A stretch of 64,000 nt of DNA from Bispira polyomma. Its lineage: Eukaryota. Where the stretch lies: contig OZ287759.1 in the NCBI GenBank assembly GCA_965649765.1, positions 1,488,001 to 1,552,000 of the forward strand. Direction: 5' to 3'. The position numbers were made by a program, and so were the translations under genes. This document shows positions 1 to 12,929 of the stretch, piece after piece. The notes beneath the pieces were generated by a model, which made no database searches, had not been told where the DNA came from, and saw nothing but the letters and a program-made list of their open reading frames with translations. Positions within the stretch are counted from its first letter, which is position 1; each line of letters starts with the position of its first letter.

Positions 1-544
1 ACATCAAGATGTGTGACACCAACTGAAAAACAAAGCCAAGGATGTACCAAGCTGGCTTAAAGAGCTAAACTTTAACTAGGGACCAAGAATCAAACCCAGG
101 ACTACTGAGGTTAAAAGTGGGTTACCACTACACTAAGCCCCCCTCCCCCCCCCTCCTAAAGAAAAAAAAAGAATACTTGGAAGTCTTTAAAAGACAAAAA
201 GAAGTATAACACCTTTGACTGTACCATCTTTACAATGCAAGTCCATACATATCATTTTGTACAGTCAAGACCCTTTCAACTGAAAATATGTTTAGTCATT
301 TTCTCTTTAATGTGGAAAGAAATCTACATGTTCCATCAAAAGCTATCTGTTTTAGATTCTACCCTACTTAAGTGGAAATTCTGTTCAAGCAGAGGTAGTA
401 TTTCTACTGGTCCCTTGAGGTTTGACTTAAAAGGGATTCAACCTGTATCTCTTACTTTCTATTCAATTATAAAACAGAAATGTTTTCTTGAAGTGATATT
501 ATAGTATTAAAGTTTTACTGAGCTACTTATTTGTATTATATTAT

Positions 545-775
545 ATATTTTAACATGCTTTCTTGATGCAAGGCATCTTCTAAAGTGCAACATCCGAATC
601 AATCAACCAATCATGTGTCCTACAATATAGCTTGGATTGTCATCTCAGTAGTCACTCAGATAGCAATGGCATGTTCTCCTCTTGGATGTTAATCCCACAA
701 ATAAACCTAGCGGCATCTGTAGAAGTTGAACCGGGGACCTTCCAATCACCAAAACAACTCCTTAACCACTAGGAA
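545..775 (-). mobile_element. tRNA-derived SINE with an L2-LINE-derived 3' tail
   Basis: Minus strand begins CCTAGTGGTTAAGG (A box) ... GGTTCAACTTC (B box); tail ATGATTGG...TGTTGCACTTTAGAAGATGCCTTGCATCA matches the LINE 3' end at 56768-56828. Confidence 0.8.
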
Positions 776-1347
776 TTGAGCTGAGGACCTGTCAATCACC
801 AGACCAACTCTCTAACCACTAGGAATTAAACCAGTGACCCTTTTGAACATCAGACCACCTCCCTAACTACTAGGAGTTAACTGGGGACCTGTCAATCACT
901 AGACCAACTCCCTAACCACTTGGAATTGAACTGGGGACCTGTCAATCACTAGACCAACTCCCTAACCACTAGGAGTTGAACTGGGGACCTGTCAATCACC
1001 AGACAATTTGAATTGGGATATTTAACGTCCACTCTAGTATCTGTTTAGGTTATATTGGGACGGGTAGTTGGAAACGCTGGAGGAAACACTGCATACAGTT
1101 GATCAAGGTTCTGCACTGAAACCAGCGGCGCACAGTAAGGAACTACCACCTTTCCTACATAGGCTCAATCACCAGACCACCTCCCTAACCACTAGGAATG
1201 GAACTTGGGACCTTCCAATCACCAAACCAACTCCCTAACCAATAGGAATTGAAATGGCGACTTTCCAATCACCAGACAAACTCCCTAACCACTAAGAATT
1301 GAACCAGTGACCCTTTTGAACATCAGCCCACCTTCCTAACTACTAAG
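723..1347 (-). repeat. Tandem array (~9 x ~50 bp) of a tRNA-derived SINE head
   Basis: Unit ~CCACTAGGAATTGAACTGGGGACCTGTCAATCACCAGACCAACTCCCTAA; each reverse complement has an A-box-like TAGTGGTTAG and B-box-like GTTCAATTCC. Confidence 0.9.
1005..1164 (-). mobile_element. 5'-truncated SINE (same family as 33954-34192) inserted in the head array
   Basis: Reverse complement of the 3' half of the SINE at 33954; perfect 13-bp TSD TCAATCACCAGAC at 992-1004 and 1165-1177. Confidence 0.9.
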
Positions 1348-1409
1348 CCACAGTATAATATATGTAATAAGAACACCAATAAATCACAGCCAAGAACTAT
1401 GCTTAATAC

Positions 1410-1584
1410 CTGCTTTAAAGATTATGCAGAATCTTCTTCAAATCAGCATGAAACTGGAGAAACAAGATGTCTACATATTTGTCTCTAGGAGGCGACTACA
1501 GATAGAGCAGGGCATCATAGCACAGCAAACACAGACTGGTGTAGTGTACCCACTTACAGGTGCTCAACTCTCCGCCTTTCTCTT
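1410..1584 (-). ncRNA. Putative exon 5 of a spliced minus-strand transcript (lncRNA or 5' UTR)
   Basis: Acceptor tttcatgtttacAG and donor CAG|GTATTA; more GC-rich than flanks; stops in all three frames. Confidence 0.5.
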
Positions 1585-1704
1585 CTGTAAACATGAAATA
1601 GACACATTCATATTTAACTCTTGGTTTGTACAAAGTCTTCTATAAATGTCAAAGAACAGAGAAAACTGATGAACCCTTTGTTTTTAATCAGTTTTGTGAA
1701 TTTT

Positions 1705-1950
1705 AAATGATTTGGGTTTTACCTTATTTCACAAACAGTTTTGGTCATATTGTGATGGCCAAGTTTAGTGGTGGCAGAAACCAGCACTGAAGACCTGCAA
1801 ACCACCGCCCTTCTGCAAGTACCTGACAAACTTTCCCACGTGAATGAACAAACAGGGATTTGAACCCACATTGGTGAGAGGCCAGCGATTGTGAAGCATG
1901 TATATCTAGCCACAGGACCACCACAGACCACCACAGACCACTACAGCCCC
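1705..1950 (-). mobile_element. tRNA-derived SINE, MetaSINE-like
   Basis: B box GGTTCAAATCC, then GGGAAAGTTTGTCAGGTACTTGC...GGTGGTTT...GGTTTCTGCCACC central domain; related copies at ~2610-2820, 5655-5875, 5970-6205, 11400-11560, 15000-15215, 28690-28830, 38110-38210. Confidence 0.75.
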
Positions 1951-2026
1951 TGGTTAGTATTTATCTCCATTTAGCACACAGACATAAAAGTTTAATGCAA
2001 TTGTACACTTAAAAACCAACAAAGTC

Positions 2027-2241
2027 AGAGTAAGGAATAGATAATTCGCCACTGTTTCTGAAATTCGCCACTCCTAAAATTGAAGCCAAGTCAATAAGAA
2101 CACGGGGATGAAAAATAACTGGAATTTAGGGCAAGTAAAGCAAAATAGTCACAAAAAATCTCAATTTCAACAAATATATTACCCACAATTCTATCAAAAC
2201 AACAACACTTTCCAGGTAGTGAATTTTAGATTCCTTACTCT
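2027..2241. mobile_element. MITE with 12-bp terminal inverted repeats
   Basis: AGAGTAAGGAAT ... ATTCCTTACTCT; a diverged inverted copy of the same family lies at ~3330-3540. Confidence 0.65.
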
Positions 2242-2609
2242 ATTAATAACGCAATACTGTGTACTCTACTCACTCAAAGTAGGGCAGAGTCAATAGCTCA
2301 ATGCACTAAAGGTCATCTCAGTGCATCAGAGACTCCTTGGCTAGTGTTGTATTCCTAGAGTCGGGTCTACTGGATTTTCTGTAAAATATAATGGAGAAAC
2401 TTATAAATCGACATTGTACACATGGGCAAATTCTCTTTGGGGTTTTGAAGCTTGCTTTAATTTTTGTAAAAATTTTTGGATTACATGTTGGGTAAATGAT
2501 TTAAACATGGTCAAATTTTCAGGCACAATGGTATTAATGTTCATATCCTTGTGACAGGAAATACAGCTTTGTGAAATTGATCCATCTTTAGACAACTTAA
2601 ATTTATAGA

Positions 2610-2820
2610 TTGGTTTTACATTGCTTCCAACAGCTTAGGTTATATCACGACAGCCAGATTCAATTGTGGAAAGAAACCGTGCCACAGCCACAGTAAACGA
2701 CCAGCCTACAGCCAAGTGCCTGACACACTTTCCCACAGAAAAAAAACAAAACAAGGATTTGAACCCGCATTGGTGAAAGGCCAGTTAATATCGAGTAGGA
2801 GTCTGTTACCACTAGGCCAT
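2610..2820 (-). mobile_element. MetaSINE-like SINE
   Basis: Minus strand TGGCCTAGTGG A box, GGTTCAAATCC B box, GGGAAAGTGTGTCAGGCACTTGGC central domain. Confidence 0.7.
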
Positions 2821-2870
2821 AATACCTCTCATTACCTTATAGACTGTCTATTTAAACAACATTTACTTAC

Positions 2871-2960
2871 CAGTTTCTAAGCAGTAGCCCATTTTTGGGG
2901 GATCATCCATCTTACTTGTTAAAAACTTCTTGCATAACCACCTCCAGTAAGTGTGAGCAC
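2871..2960 (-). ncRNA. Putative exon 4 of the spliced minus-strand transcript
   Basis: Pyrimidine-rich acceptor ttctttcttgtaatctttcaatacAG and consensus donor CTG|GTAAGT; 90 bp. Confidence 0.6.
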
Positions 2961-4589
2961 CTGTATTGAAAGATTACAAGAAAGAAGAAACAAACTATTA
3001 GTCTTGTGTGACATTTAAAACAAAACTAGTAGAAACAAGGATTTAAACATTTGAAATGTAAACATCTTGGCCAATTAAGTATATATTGATGAAAATAACC
3101 ACAATCATGTCATTCAGCAAAAATAAATAATGGCTACAATAGGCTTTCTCTGGTGAGAAAAATTAGCATAAATACAGAATAAATAAGGAACAAATTTTTT
3201 TAAGTGTTTTTACAAGTAGCCATATATTGTAAAAATCTACCCAGTCAAGTAGAGGTGTATTTCTACTGGTTCCTCGAGGGTTTGACTTAAAAAGGGGCTG
3301 TCAACTTTATATACAGCTTAGTAACTTATTAAATTCGCCGCTGTATCTGCAGTTTGCCACCTAGTGAATGTTGGGTTTTCGCTTAAGAATTGTGAGGGTA
3401 ATATTTGGTGAAATTCAGATTTGACTATATTTTGCCTTACTTACCTAAATCCCATTGAGTTTTCCACCCAGTTTTTTTTATTGATTTGGCTTAAAGTTTA
3501 CAATTCCAGATACAGTGGCAAATTTAATATTTTCTTACTCCATTCACCTGAAATTTCAATCTTGATGAATGGTTCCCCATCAAGGCTGTAGTTACACTGT
3601 CACCCCCTCTGAGTCAACTCTGGAGAAGGTGTGTCCTATGGTTTCCCATCAAGGCTGCAGTTCACTAGCATATCTCTTGCCGTATGTTAGTTTGTCGTTT
3701 CTGTTTTCTGTCTTCATCCAGTAGCATTTGTTTTTCCTGTTGCTGATTTATAGTGGCTTGTTGCCAAGGGCAACACACTTTTGTACTGTTGTGTGTCAAA
3801 ATCCTGCATTAAAGCACCATTTATATACTTATATACAGCATAATCCTCTCCACAGTGAGTGTTCACTTCCATAGTTTTTGATTATATCAATGTTCTCGTC
3901 AGTATTATAGTGTACTAGAAGTTTGTTCTCATTAACTGTTGAGTCTATTTATCTGTTAGTTGTGTCCACAGATATACTAGTCTCTGTTAATCCTTTGCCC
4001 ACACTAATATATTATACAAAATGCTCCTTTATTTATTCCCTCTGAAAACAAGAACACAATTGTCCTTCACCACCAGCCCAGGGGCTGCCGGTATTACAGT
4101 ATTAACATTTTTTTTTAAATTTATTTAATTTTTTTTTTTATTTTATTTTTTTATTAATTTTTTTTTATTAAATTTTTTTTTTAATTTTGTTTTTGTTTTT
4201 TATATTTATTGGATTGTCAACAAAAATATTTTTACAAATAACAGTCACATGTGGCAAAAACTGGCCTTTTTTTGCGGGCCTAGTAATGCATGTTTTTCAA
4301 CTTTTTTTTTTACTTTTTTAAATTTTTTTTTTATTAAATTAACCATAAATTTGTATTTTTTTTTTTTTGTATTTAATTTAATTATCATTTACAACATGTG
4401 AAATAAGTTATTTTTACAGATAGGTAAATATCATATGTACAAATAAACAGCACTATGGTATAATTTCTCTGTATATAGAGCAGCCAATTCTATAAATCCC
4501 ATGATATAAGACTAAGGGGGTAACCATACAACATTGGCCACCATTTAACTGTGTGCATTCACACATTTTGTATAAGGAATATTATTCCT

Positions 4590-4810
4590 TATGGACCCCA
4601 CCGCGGCAGTGCTATAGGAGTTGAGCCTGGGACCCTCTGATCACCAGACCAATTCCTTTACCACTAGGCCATAAGGAACGGTTTTGATTCTTTTTTTATT
4701 ATTTGTCTACCATATACATAACTATATACCCTACTGTGGCAGTACTGGGAATTGAACTGAAGACCTTCTGATCAGCAGACTAATTCCTTTACCACTAGGG
4801 CAGGCCATGG
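4590..4810 (-). mobile_element. Two tRNA-derived SINE heads (same family as the 723-1347 array)
   Basis: GGAGTTGAGCCTGGGACCCTCTGATCACCAGACCAATTCCTTTACCACTAGG and a second copy ~130 bp downstream. Confidence 0.65.
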
Positions 4811-7399
4811 GAGAATTTAGGTTTTCCCCCTATTCCAATAGTATTCACAATGTAAGCATGCACACACATAAAAATGCACTTTAGTTGGTGTACCATATTT
4901 GTAATTATCAACCATAGACTGTCAAATGTCTTCAAAAGACACTCTTTTAATAACTATAGTAACAGCCATAATTCTTAATTAACCAGAACACTAAAATAAA
5001 ATTAACACACGACCAATAATATACATATATGTGAATTAAGTACAAATAATAACAATATTATGCCTATACTTAGATTTTAAGATTTCATAAATAAATTCAA
5101 CTAACTAATGAAAATGTGATTCACAAACATTTCTTGATTGGAAGATTAGCTTATTAGTCATTGAATTCAATGAATTTTAAGTCAGTTGAATAACTAAGCA
5201 GAGGTTGTCAATGAGACCCGAGTTACCCTCAGTTAATGTTGAAGTTTTTCACAAGGCGGTAAAAATTATGTGAATTTTGGTCTATCTTGAAATCTAAGTA
5301 CTTGGTAATATACAACACAAATAAAGTTAATATTTCTGAAAACCCCATCTTGAAGAAAACTGACTCCAGTGAAACACCTTTCCTAACTTGAATCTAGAGG
5401 TATATACTTAAGTAAGTTTTCTTCATGAATCTGGCCCCAGTGTTCATAAAACATAATACAAGGATCACAATATATTACAATTACTGGCTAAGGTAGATAC
5501 CATTCTAGTGCAAGTACATGTAGTAACAAGTTACTGCACACGTCGCTGCTATAAACGGTAGAAACTCCTATTATACGAACACAACAGGAGAGAAAACTAT
5601 TTCTTTCCAGATCAATTAGTTTGAGTTGATCAATGAGGCTTTCAGCACATTTGTGTTATATCATGACTGGCAGTTCACACAGGTGGGGAAAAAAAATCAG
5701 AAAAAGGCAGTTGGTCAAGATTTTTTCTGCAAATCCACCAGCCTTCAGCAAGTCTATTTGCTAATTTCCCTATATAAACAAACCAGGGCCGAGATTCAAA
5801 ATGAATGACAGCAGGGGTGGGAATGGGAGGCGAGTGAGTTACCACTAGTGTAACATCACCATGGCCTGTATTCAAATTTATTTTTGGTTCATAAGGTATA
5901 AGAGGTATTCAGTTTAAAGTAATAAAAGAAAACAATCTAAATACATTTAAATTGTATTGAGAAGATTGATTTTGATTTGGTTTGGTGGTTTGGGTTTAAC
6001 ATCGCTTTGAACACATCGTTTACAAGATCATATCACAATCGACTGTTTTAGTAGTGGAAAAAACAAGTGTTTTCTAGTTGGTCAAGATTTTAACGCCAGA
6101 TTCTAAACCAGCAACCATCGGCAAGTATTGTAAACTTTCAAATTTAAAGCCTGGCTGAGATTCCAACCAAGATTCAACACCATAGGGTGGGAGGCAATGG
6201 TGTTATAGAATTGAATATTTCCTTAAAGGAGTTCCTACACTAGTTGTTGTACTGTGTTAACTACAACAGAACTTATGTACATTTACAATGTATAGAATGT
6301 CAAATTATACAATCAAGTAAAAAACAAACATCTAACTTTGGTTTTAGACATTGCCCTGTGAAACTAAATTTATTAGAAACAACTTGTCACTACATTTAGG
6401 AAAGGTCAAGTATGTTTCTTGCAATGAAAACTCACTTTCTTTTAACACAAGTAATAAATATTAGAAATCAAGGACGACGCAAGGCGAGATTATATAACTG
6501 TACACGCATATCACACTTTTACATTGTATTTGGCAGAATATCTGTCTTTATTGAAGAATTTGTTTCACATTATCCCAGATAAATAGTTGAAATATAAGAT
6601 AACGGTTGGTGACTCCTTGTAATACATTCTAAAAGATTATGTCATGGCTAAATTTAAACTTGCACCAAAGTCTTTGTGTATTTAAAAATGTGTAATCAGT
6701 GGATATTTCACTCAAGAGTTAATTCACTTAGTTTTTATTGTTTCCACTTCTAAGTTTTAACTAATGAAGTTGAATACTAACAAAATCTGCACTACATGAG
6801 TGCTTTATTGTGTCAGTTTGACTGACAAACCCCATTAGTCTCTATAGAATTGTCCAATGTCCACAGGATGTGGTTCTAGTTATAGCTTGCTTCTACCTAA
6901 TATTTAACAGTGTTGTTTAAGTTCTGGGACCAGAGATATGCTACTTATCCTGGTTGTTCTAGTTTTAAAGCATCTAGTGTTTGTATATACACACAGAGAA
7001 GTAGTGAGGTGGGTTTACAACAACAGTAGTGTGTCCTCTCTTAATTTGTACACAGCATAAAGGAGAAAGACTGATGTTAGGCCATAACGTATAATGGGAA
7101 AATAGAATGCGAGCACAAATATAATGGAAACCAAAAACTGTTTGTCTTCAGTACTCAACACATCATTGTACACACATGCATGTTGTGTGTGCATCATATC
7201 TTGGGTGCATAAAGTACATCATTGTTCTCTGTACATAAAAAAGCTTTACAAAAATAGAATTACACTTGTTAAAGTTGTTACCCTAGAGGTATATATGGTT
7301 GTTATGGTATTATTAGTTTGCATATCAACCATCAAAACATCTCAGGAACCATTTATACAGGCAAAGTTATTATTTTACACAATTATTTATGAGACAAAT

Positions 7400-7605
7400 G
7401 AGACCAATAATAAGTGAGCATGTGTCCTTGTGGTTTGACCTTTGGCCTTTGTATTTAATGTACAAATACAACCAATAAGAAGTGAGCATGTGTCCTTGTG
7501 TTTTGACTTTTGGTCTTTATATTTATTGTGTAAATAAGACCAATAATCAGTCATCATGTGTCCTTTGTGGTTTGACCTTCGCCATTGGTCTGGGTCATTC
7601 TATGT
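7400..7605 (+). repeat. ~68-bp tandem repeat (3 copies, partial fourth at ~7840-7890)
   Basis: Recurrent ACCAATAATAAGTGAGCATGTGTCCTTGTGGTTTGACCTT; possibly part of a decayed LTR. Confidence 0.7.
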
Positions 7606-10600
7606 TTTAAACGATATGTCTCTCGAGATTTCCTCAGTTTTATACAGTTCTTCAGTTTATTATCCACAGTTCTCTTGCCCTGCTTGTGGTATCATACGAA
7701 TATAAATGACCTGAGATCATTTATCAGGATTTGAGCTCTTTTGTACTTTGGGAGTGATGACCTTTGTACCTTAAAGGCCTATATTGTTGTTAACCAAGAG
7801 TACTCTGTTGTAAGAGAAAGTTCATATTTGAAGTACAAATAACCAGTCAGCATGTGACTTTGTCATTTGACCTTTGTCTGGGTCATTCTATAGTTGACCC
7901 CATGGCTGTGACCTTCCTATAGTCTGTGATGCCTAGGTTTGTACAGTTCTTCAGTTTACTCAGTACCAAACCTCTATTATCTACAGTTCTGTTGTGCTGA
8001 TTACAGTTATTGTTACCCGGTTATACTATCACCATATATTCCTTCTAAATTGTCTATATTGCTCTTCATGCGTGCTACAAAGCATTGTGGGAATATAGGA
8101 ACAGCCCGTGGTTGGCCTTAATCTTGAGTGACAAACTTGGACAGTAATGTTGGTGTTTATACCATTCAGTGGTTCATATTTGTTGTGCATATTCCATAAT
8201 TACAGGTATGTTACCAATGAACTGTCAGCAGTTTCTTATGTATCAAGTTATTGGCACAAGTTTCTAGTTTTTTTCCAGGCCACGCTATAATTTTCCTGTT
8301 TTTAAGGATCTTAATGTTTTAGCCACAGATTCTCCTTTTCACACAAAAAAACTTATAACCAAAGTGGTTCGTTTTCCGTAATGCACAGTAGACAGGTTTG
8401 CCACTAGGAGAGAAACACTATCGTAAATTATTGAAAACTGGTTTTGTTTTAGTTTCAATCAGATTTTTCATGCTTTGTTGTTAATTAGATTTGTGTTACA
8501 AGAAGCTGTACTTCTGCTGAAATATGGTTACACTTACACAAATACAATAGATTTTTAACGCGCGCCACCTAATTTGTGATGGACATCCTCTAAAGTGTAA
8601 ACTCATTAACAAAGTGGGGAAAATCATAGTCCTTTTGTAACGCAAGTTGATGATCATGGAGGCAAAATAGAGATACAGTTACAAAGAAGGAAACAAGACA
8701 AGATATAAGTGTTTAGTTTGGTTTTAATGTCATTTTTTTAACCTGTTTGTGTGATATCACGACAGGAAGTTCATTGGTGGAGGAAATCAATTACGTACAG
8801 CAATAACAAATAAGATAAAGGAGAGATAATGCTTTATAAAATTATTTTGCCTAAATAAAGCATTTCCTTTATACTATTCCAAGATATTGATCTGATTTTT
8901 TGGGGGGACAACAGACTAGTTTTTGAAAAGTATATAATGGAGCTTTATTGATTATTAGCCAGAATTCCCTGCCCTATCAGTGAGAATGATAGGTGCGATA
9001 GGTTTACCTGACTGTTGATAAGTTTACTTACTCGCTTACTTATAGGTTTAGGTCACATGTTTATTTCAAAGTTGTGGTGTTGCCTTAATACAGAACTAGT
9101 AGAAGAGTATTATCTATGTAGAAACTAAGAATCCAATAAATCTAATTGGGTTAAACTTTAACCATTTTTGCTCTCTCTTAATACCACTATGCCGATCATA
9201 CTCCCGACCTTAACAATTATAAGTTCGGGGGCCATTACTGTGAATAATTTACCCCACTAACGACTTATCTTTGATGAAAAGACTTCTCTTCTGGATTCAG
9301 GACACTTTTAAGAACTTTTAAAACATAACCTCTGAGTGGGTGTGTATTGGCCAGTATCCTTGTAACAACTTATCTTTTGCCAAAAAGACTTATCTTTTCC
9401 TTCCAAAGACTAATCTCTTCCAAAAAACTGACAAAAATTTAAAATTTCACCTCAAACAACTGAGGCCTGGCAGACTTACATTTATGAGATCGTAGGGGAC
9501 TTATCTTTTCAATCTTTAAATGCAAATTTTCCCGGCTTTTTTTCAAAAATCGTGGGGAAATGCCAAGGATTGGCCAGGATCATATAATTGGATCCTTTCC
9601 CGATAATAGACTTGATAGTGGAACAGCCCCATTAGTTAAGGGTATTATTGCATCAGGCTGTTAATTAACAACATTCAGACAACCAAGCTGGTTTCTGTTT
9701 GAAGTACAGTGCTTATCTAAATAAACATTCTTTTAGAAAACATTTTTACATTCAGCCACTATAATCCAGACTCCCCAGTTATGTTCATCGCTACCTGAAC
9801 CGAGCAATAAGGTCAACTTTTATGACAAATACTCCAGGGATACTACAAAGATTGCTTACTGTTTACTAGAAAGTCTTTCTCCATGAGAATTAGGTATTCA
9901 AAAGTGCAGATTGTTGTTTATGTATGAGGTACACTGACAACAGGTAGTTGGGTTTTTACTGCAGGGTTTCACATTTAGCCACTAATAATCCAAACTCCAT
10001 GGTTTTTATGGTTATCTCTACCTGAACCTTGCACTAAAGTAAACTTTAATGCCCAATATGTACAATGGGTTCCCAATACCTGGTTTCAGTATAAGCACTG
10101 ACCACCAGACAACACCTGACCTTTTGTAATGGCCACATCTTTAGAAAATTAATTGGTACAATTGGTCAGCACCAACCTGTCATAATATTTGCCTAAACTG
10201 ATATATGGGATCAAAACCTGCAATAAATAAACCTTCACTATCAACACACACTAGTTAAAAGTAGAAAAAATTTATTTCTGGTGACAATTTCCATATGAAC
10301 AGTATTTCATGATAAGATTGTCGATGAGATTTAGATTAGCTTTTTAACACCTTTGACCCCTAGGTTGTCGGCTTGCAGTCGACAGCATTTTTTACTCCTA
10401 GAATCTACGTCTGTCAGCAGAGTCAGCAAGCAGGCGACACCTCCCAAAATAGTATTTATTTTCATTCAATTACTCACAATAGAAAATTGTTAGTACTGCA
10501 AACGTCTCCCTTTTAAAAATTATACGCGAGGCCATTATTGACTGCTAGAATTAGGCGATGATGTGTGTTTTAGTCACTCCAGCTACCTGTAACGTATATT

Positions 10601-11699
10601 ACCCAAAAAATTTCCTTGTTCATATTTTTCTCTTGGGGTTAAACGATGTATTGATCGAGTTGATCAATGACAGTTATTTCAAGATTGATCAGTCATTAAG
10701 CGATTTTACTCATACATACAGCATGACCTCACATACTCTGCGTGATATTACAATTTAATTGGATTCACCATCACATAGACAGGTGCATTAAAGGATTAGG
10801 TTTGCGTTTTTGTAGTATCAGTTTTTGTAGTCTTTTTTTTCAATTGAAAAAGTTATTTATAGTCTTTTTATACTTATTAGTGCAGGAATATTTGCAGTTG
10901 CTTGCTCCTTTACAAGTCTACTCAAGACGGCCTACATAATCAATGTATGCCATATACAGTGGAATCCTGTTAAGTCGAATCTTCAATATTAAGGGACAAT
11001 ACAAATTTGTCCTACTTAACACATATTTTACCTAAAAGGGTAACTTTTTATTATTAGAAATATAGCAATGCCACGTTATAGTAACTTCTGCATGATGGGT
11101 AATTCCACTTGTTAGAGTTCTACTTAAAATTTATTTTTTTAATTGATTTAATTTTTTTTAAATATACTATAAACTAGGTAAATTTTGAGGGAATTATGTT
11201 TTCTGAGAACATTGCAATTTTTGTCTTCCTATTTTTTTTATACAAAACAGGGTAATGTATTACTCCTAATTCACCTTGATTATTAGACATGACTATATTT
11301 TTCTGAAAGATATAAGGACAAGGAAACATATAATGCAATTCATTAATGCCTTTATATATATATATATATTTAAGTTTCCTCTCAACGCTATTTGAAGTTA
11401 TAGTTTAGTTTTTAATTAGTTGGTCAATGTTTTCTACTCGGCAACCCACCACTCTTAAGTTGATCCAATGCCACTTTCCCCACATATACACACACAAGAG
11501 CCAAGATTTGAAACCACGACTAAAGAGGTGGGAGGTCAGTGTGTTACTACACCACCGAGATCCCTATTAAACACAGTCAAAGACTTCCAAGCCTTAACTA
11601 ATGGCTTACTCAACAGTTAGTACTATGTTACTGCATATACAACTGGAAATGTGTCCTTCAGCACACCGCAGATGCCCGCAGTGCACAGATTTAAATCTG

Positions 11700-12022
11700 T
11701 AAATGTGTCAAGGATTACAATCTGATATCACCTCTATTGAGGTATCATCTGACTTTACACTTTTCACCCCCAGCCTAAATTATTTCACTTCCGTGAACCA
11801 ATTGTTCACTCTCAGCTTCCTAAGAGAGTATAACTAGCCGATGCTGCCACATATGCGGCGCACAAAGACTTAATAACGCCCATTAGGTATCTATTTATAC
11901 ACCTGGGTGGAGATGGACAACTTTGTGTAAAATACCTTATCCTAGTGCACAATCTCCGTGCCAGAAGCGAGGATAAAATCTGGACCCTCAGACAAGTCAG
12001 ACACTCTAACCACTAGGCCAAA
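11700..12022 (-). mobile_element. tRNA-derived SINE with CORE/Deu-like central domain
   Basis: Minus strand TGGCCTAGTGGTTAGAGTGTCTGAC head, then CTCCACCCAGGTGTATAAATAGATACC motif. Confidence 0.65.
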
Positions 12023-12929
12023 GAGATCACACTAAAATGAAGTGATGCTTATAGGATACATATGTGTTGATAGCTCCTAAAACAGTTTCCGATATCCCGT
12101 ATACATTGACAGGTTATAAGACCTGAAAACAATTTTATCAATTTTCCTATCAATTGTGTCAACATCATATCTATTAGTGTGTCAATATGGACAACCTACG
12201 CCAACAGTAAAGACTAAAGGTGTGAAGTTTTGTGTTACATTTACAAGTTCAAATTTTTACAAAGTCCAACACCTTTGAAAGTCATCCTTAAAGTGAAATT
12301 GTGTTCACAACTTTGAACTTCCACAGCAACAGCCAATGAAAGTGTGGAGTTTGTGTTACATTACCAATATTCGAAAAACATTTTTGAACCAATCAAATGT
12401 CAATGTCAAATCTATTGATATATCAATGGTTCCTACGAATTATAGCATGACTACTGGTTTTAGTAGTGCATTTTGAAAAATATTGATTAAATATCGAGAT
12501 CGTTTGTCAAAATATGGCCGTTTTTGTAGTTTACTGTGAAACTATTCCTGCGGTCAGTGAAAAGGGTTAAGTGTGTACTTGATGTGTCATATGTTAGCAT
12601 GAGACATTACTTTTCAATTAATTTTAACGGCATAAAGTCAAAAGATAACACTACTCCCGCAAATCTGAACTTTTTCCCCATATGAAGTTAGAACAGCATA
12701 AATCTCTTGATTATTGCTGTGAAGATTGTTTTGATTGAGGCAAAACACATGACATGGGGAGATTTACCTACAATTGGAGGAGTATGGGTTATTACGATTA
12801 TGTCATGATATGGTAAAGTGGGGAGTGGGGAGTGGGGCCCATAACCTTGTACAAGACTTCACCAACAGTATAAAAATACCTGTATATATTCAATGCTTAG
12901 AACTGTGTTACTTACCATAAAAATCCAGA

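Noticed and set aside
723-1347. tRNA gene cluster
   Set aside because: A/B boxes present but no acceptor stem or full cloverleaf; units are SINE heads
6810-8133. Solo LTR with TGTCA...TGACA ends
   Set aside because: No target-site duplication and no second copy in the window; only the internal tandem repeat is reported
9186-9620. CACTA-type element (CACTAT...ATAGTG)
   Set aside because: Only 6-7 bp of terminal match and no TSD
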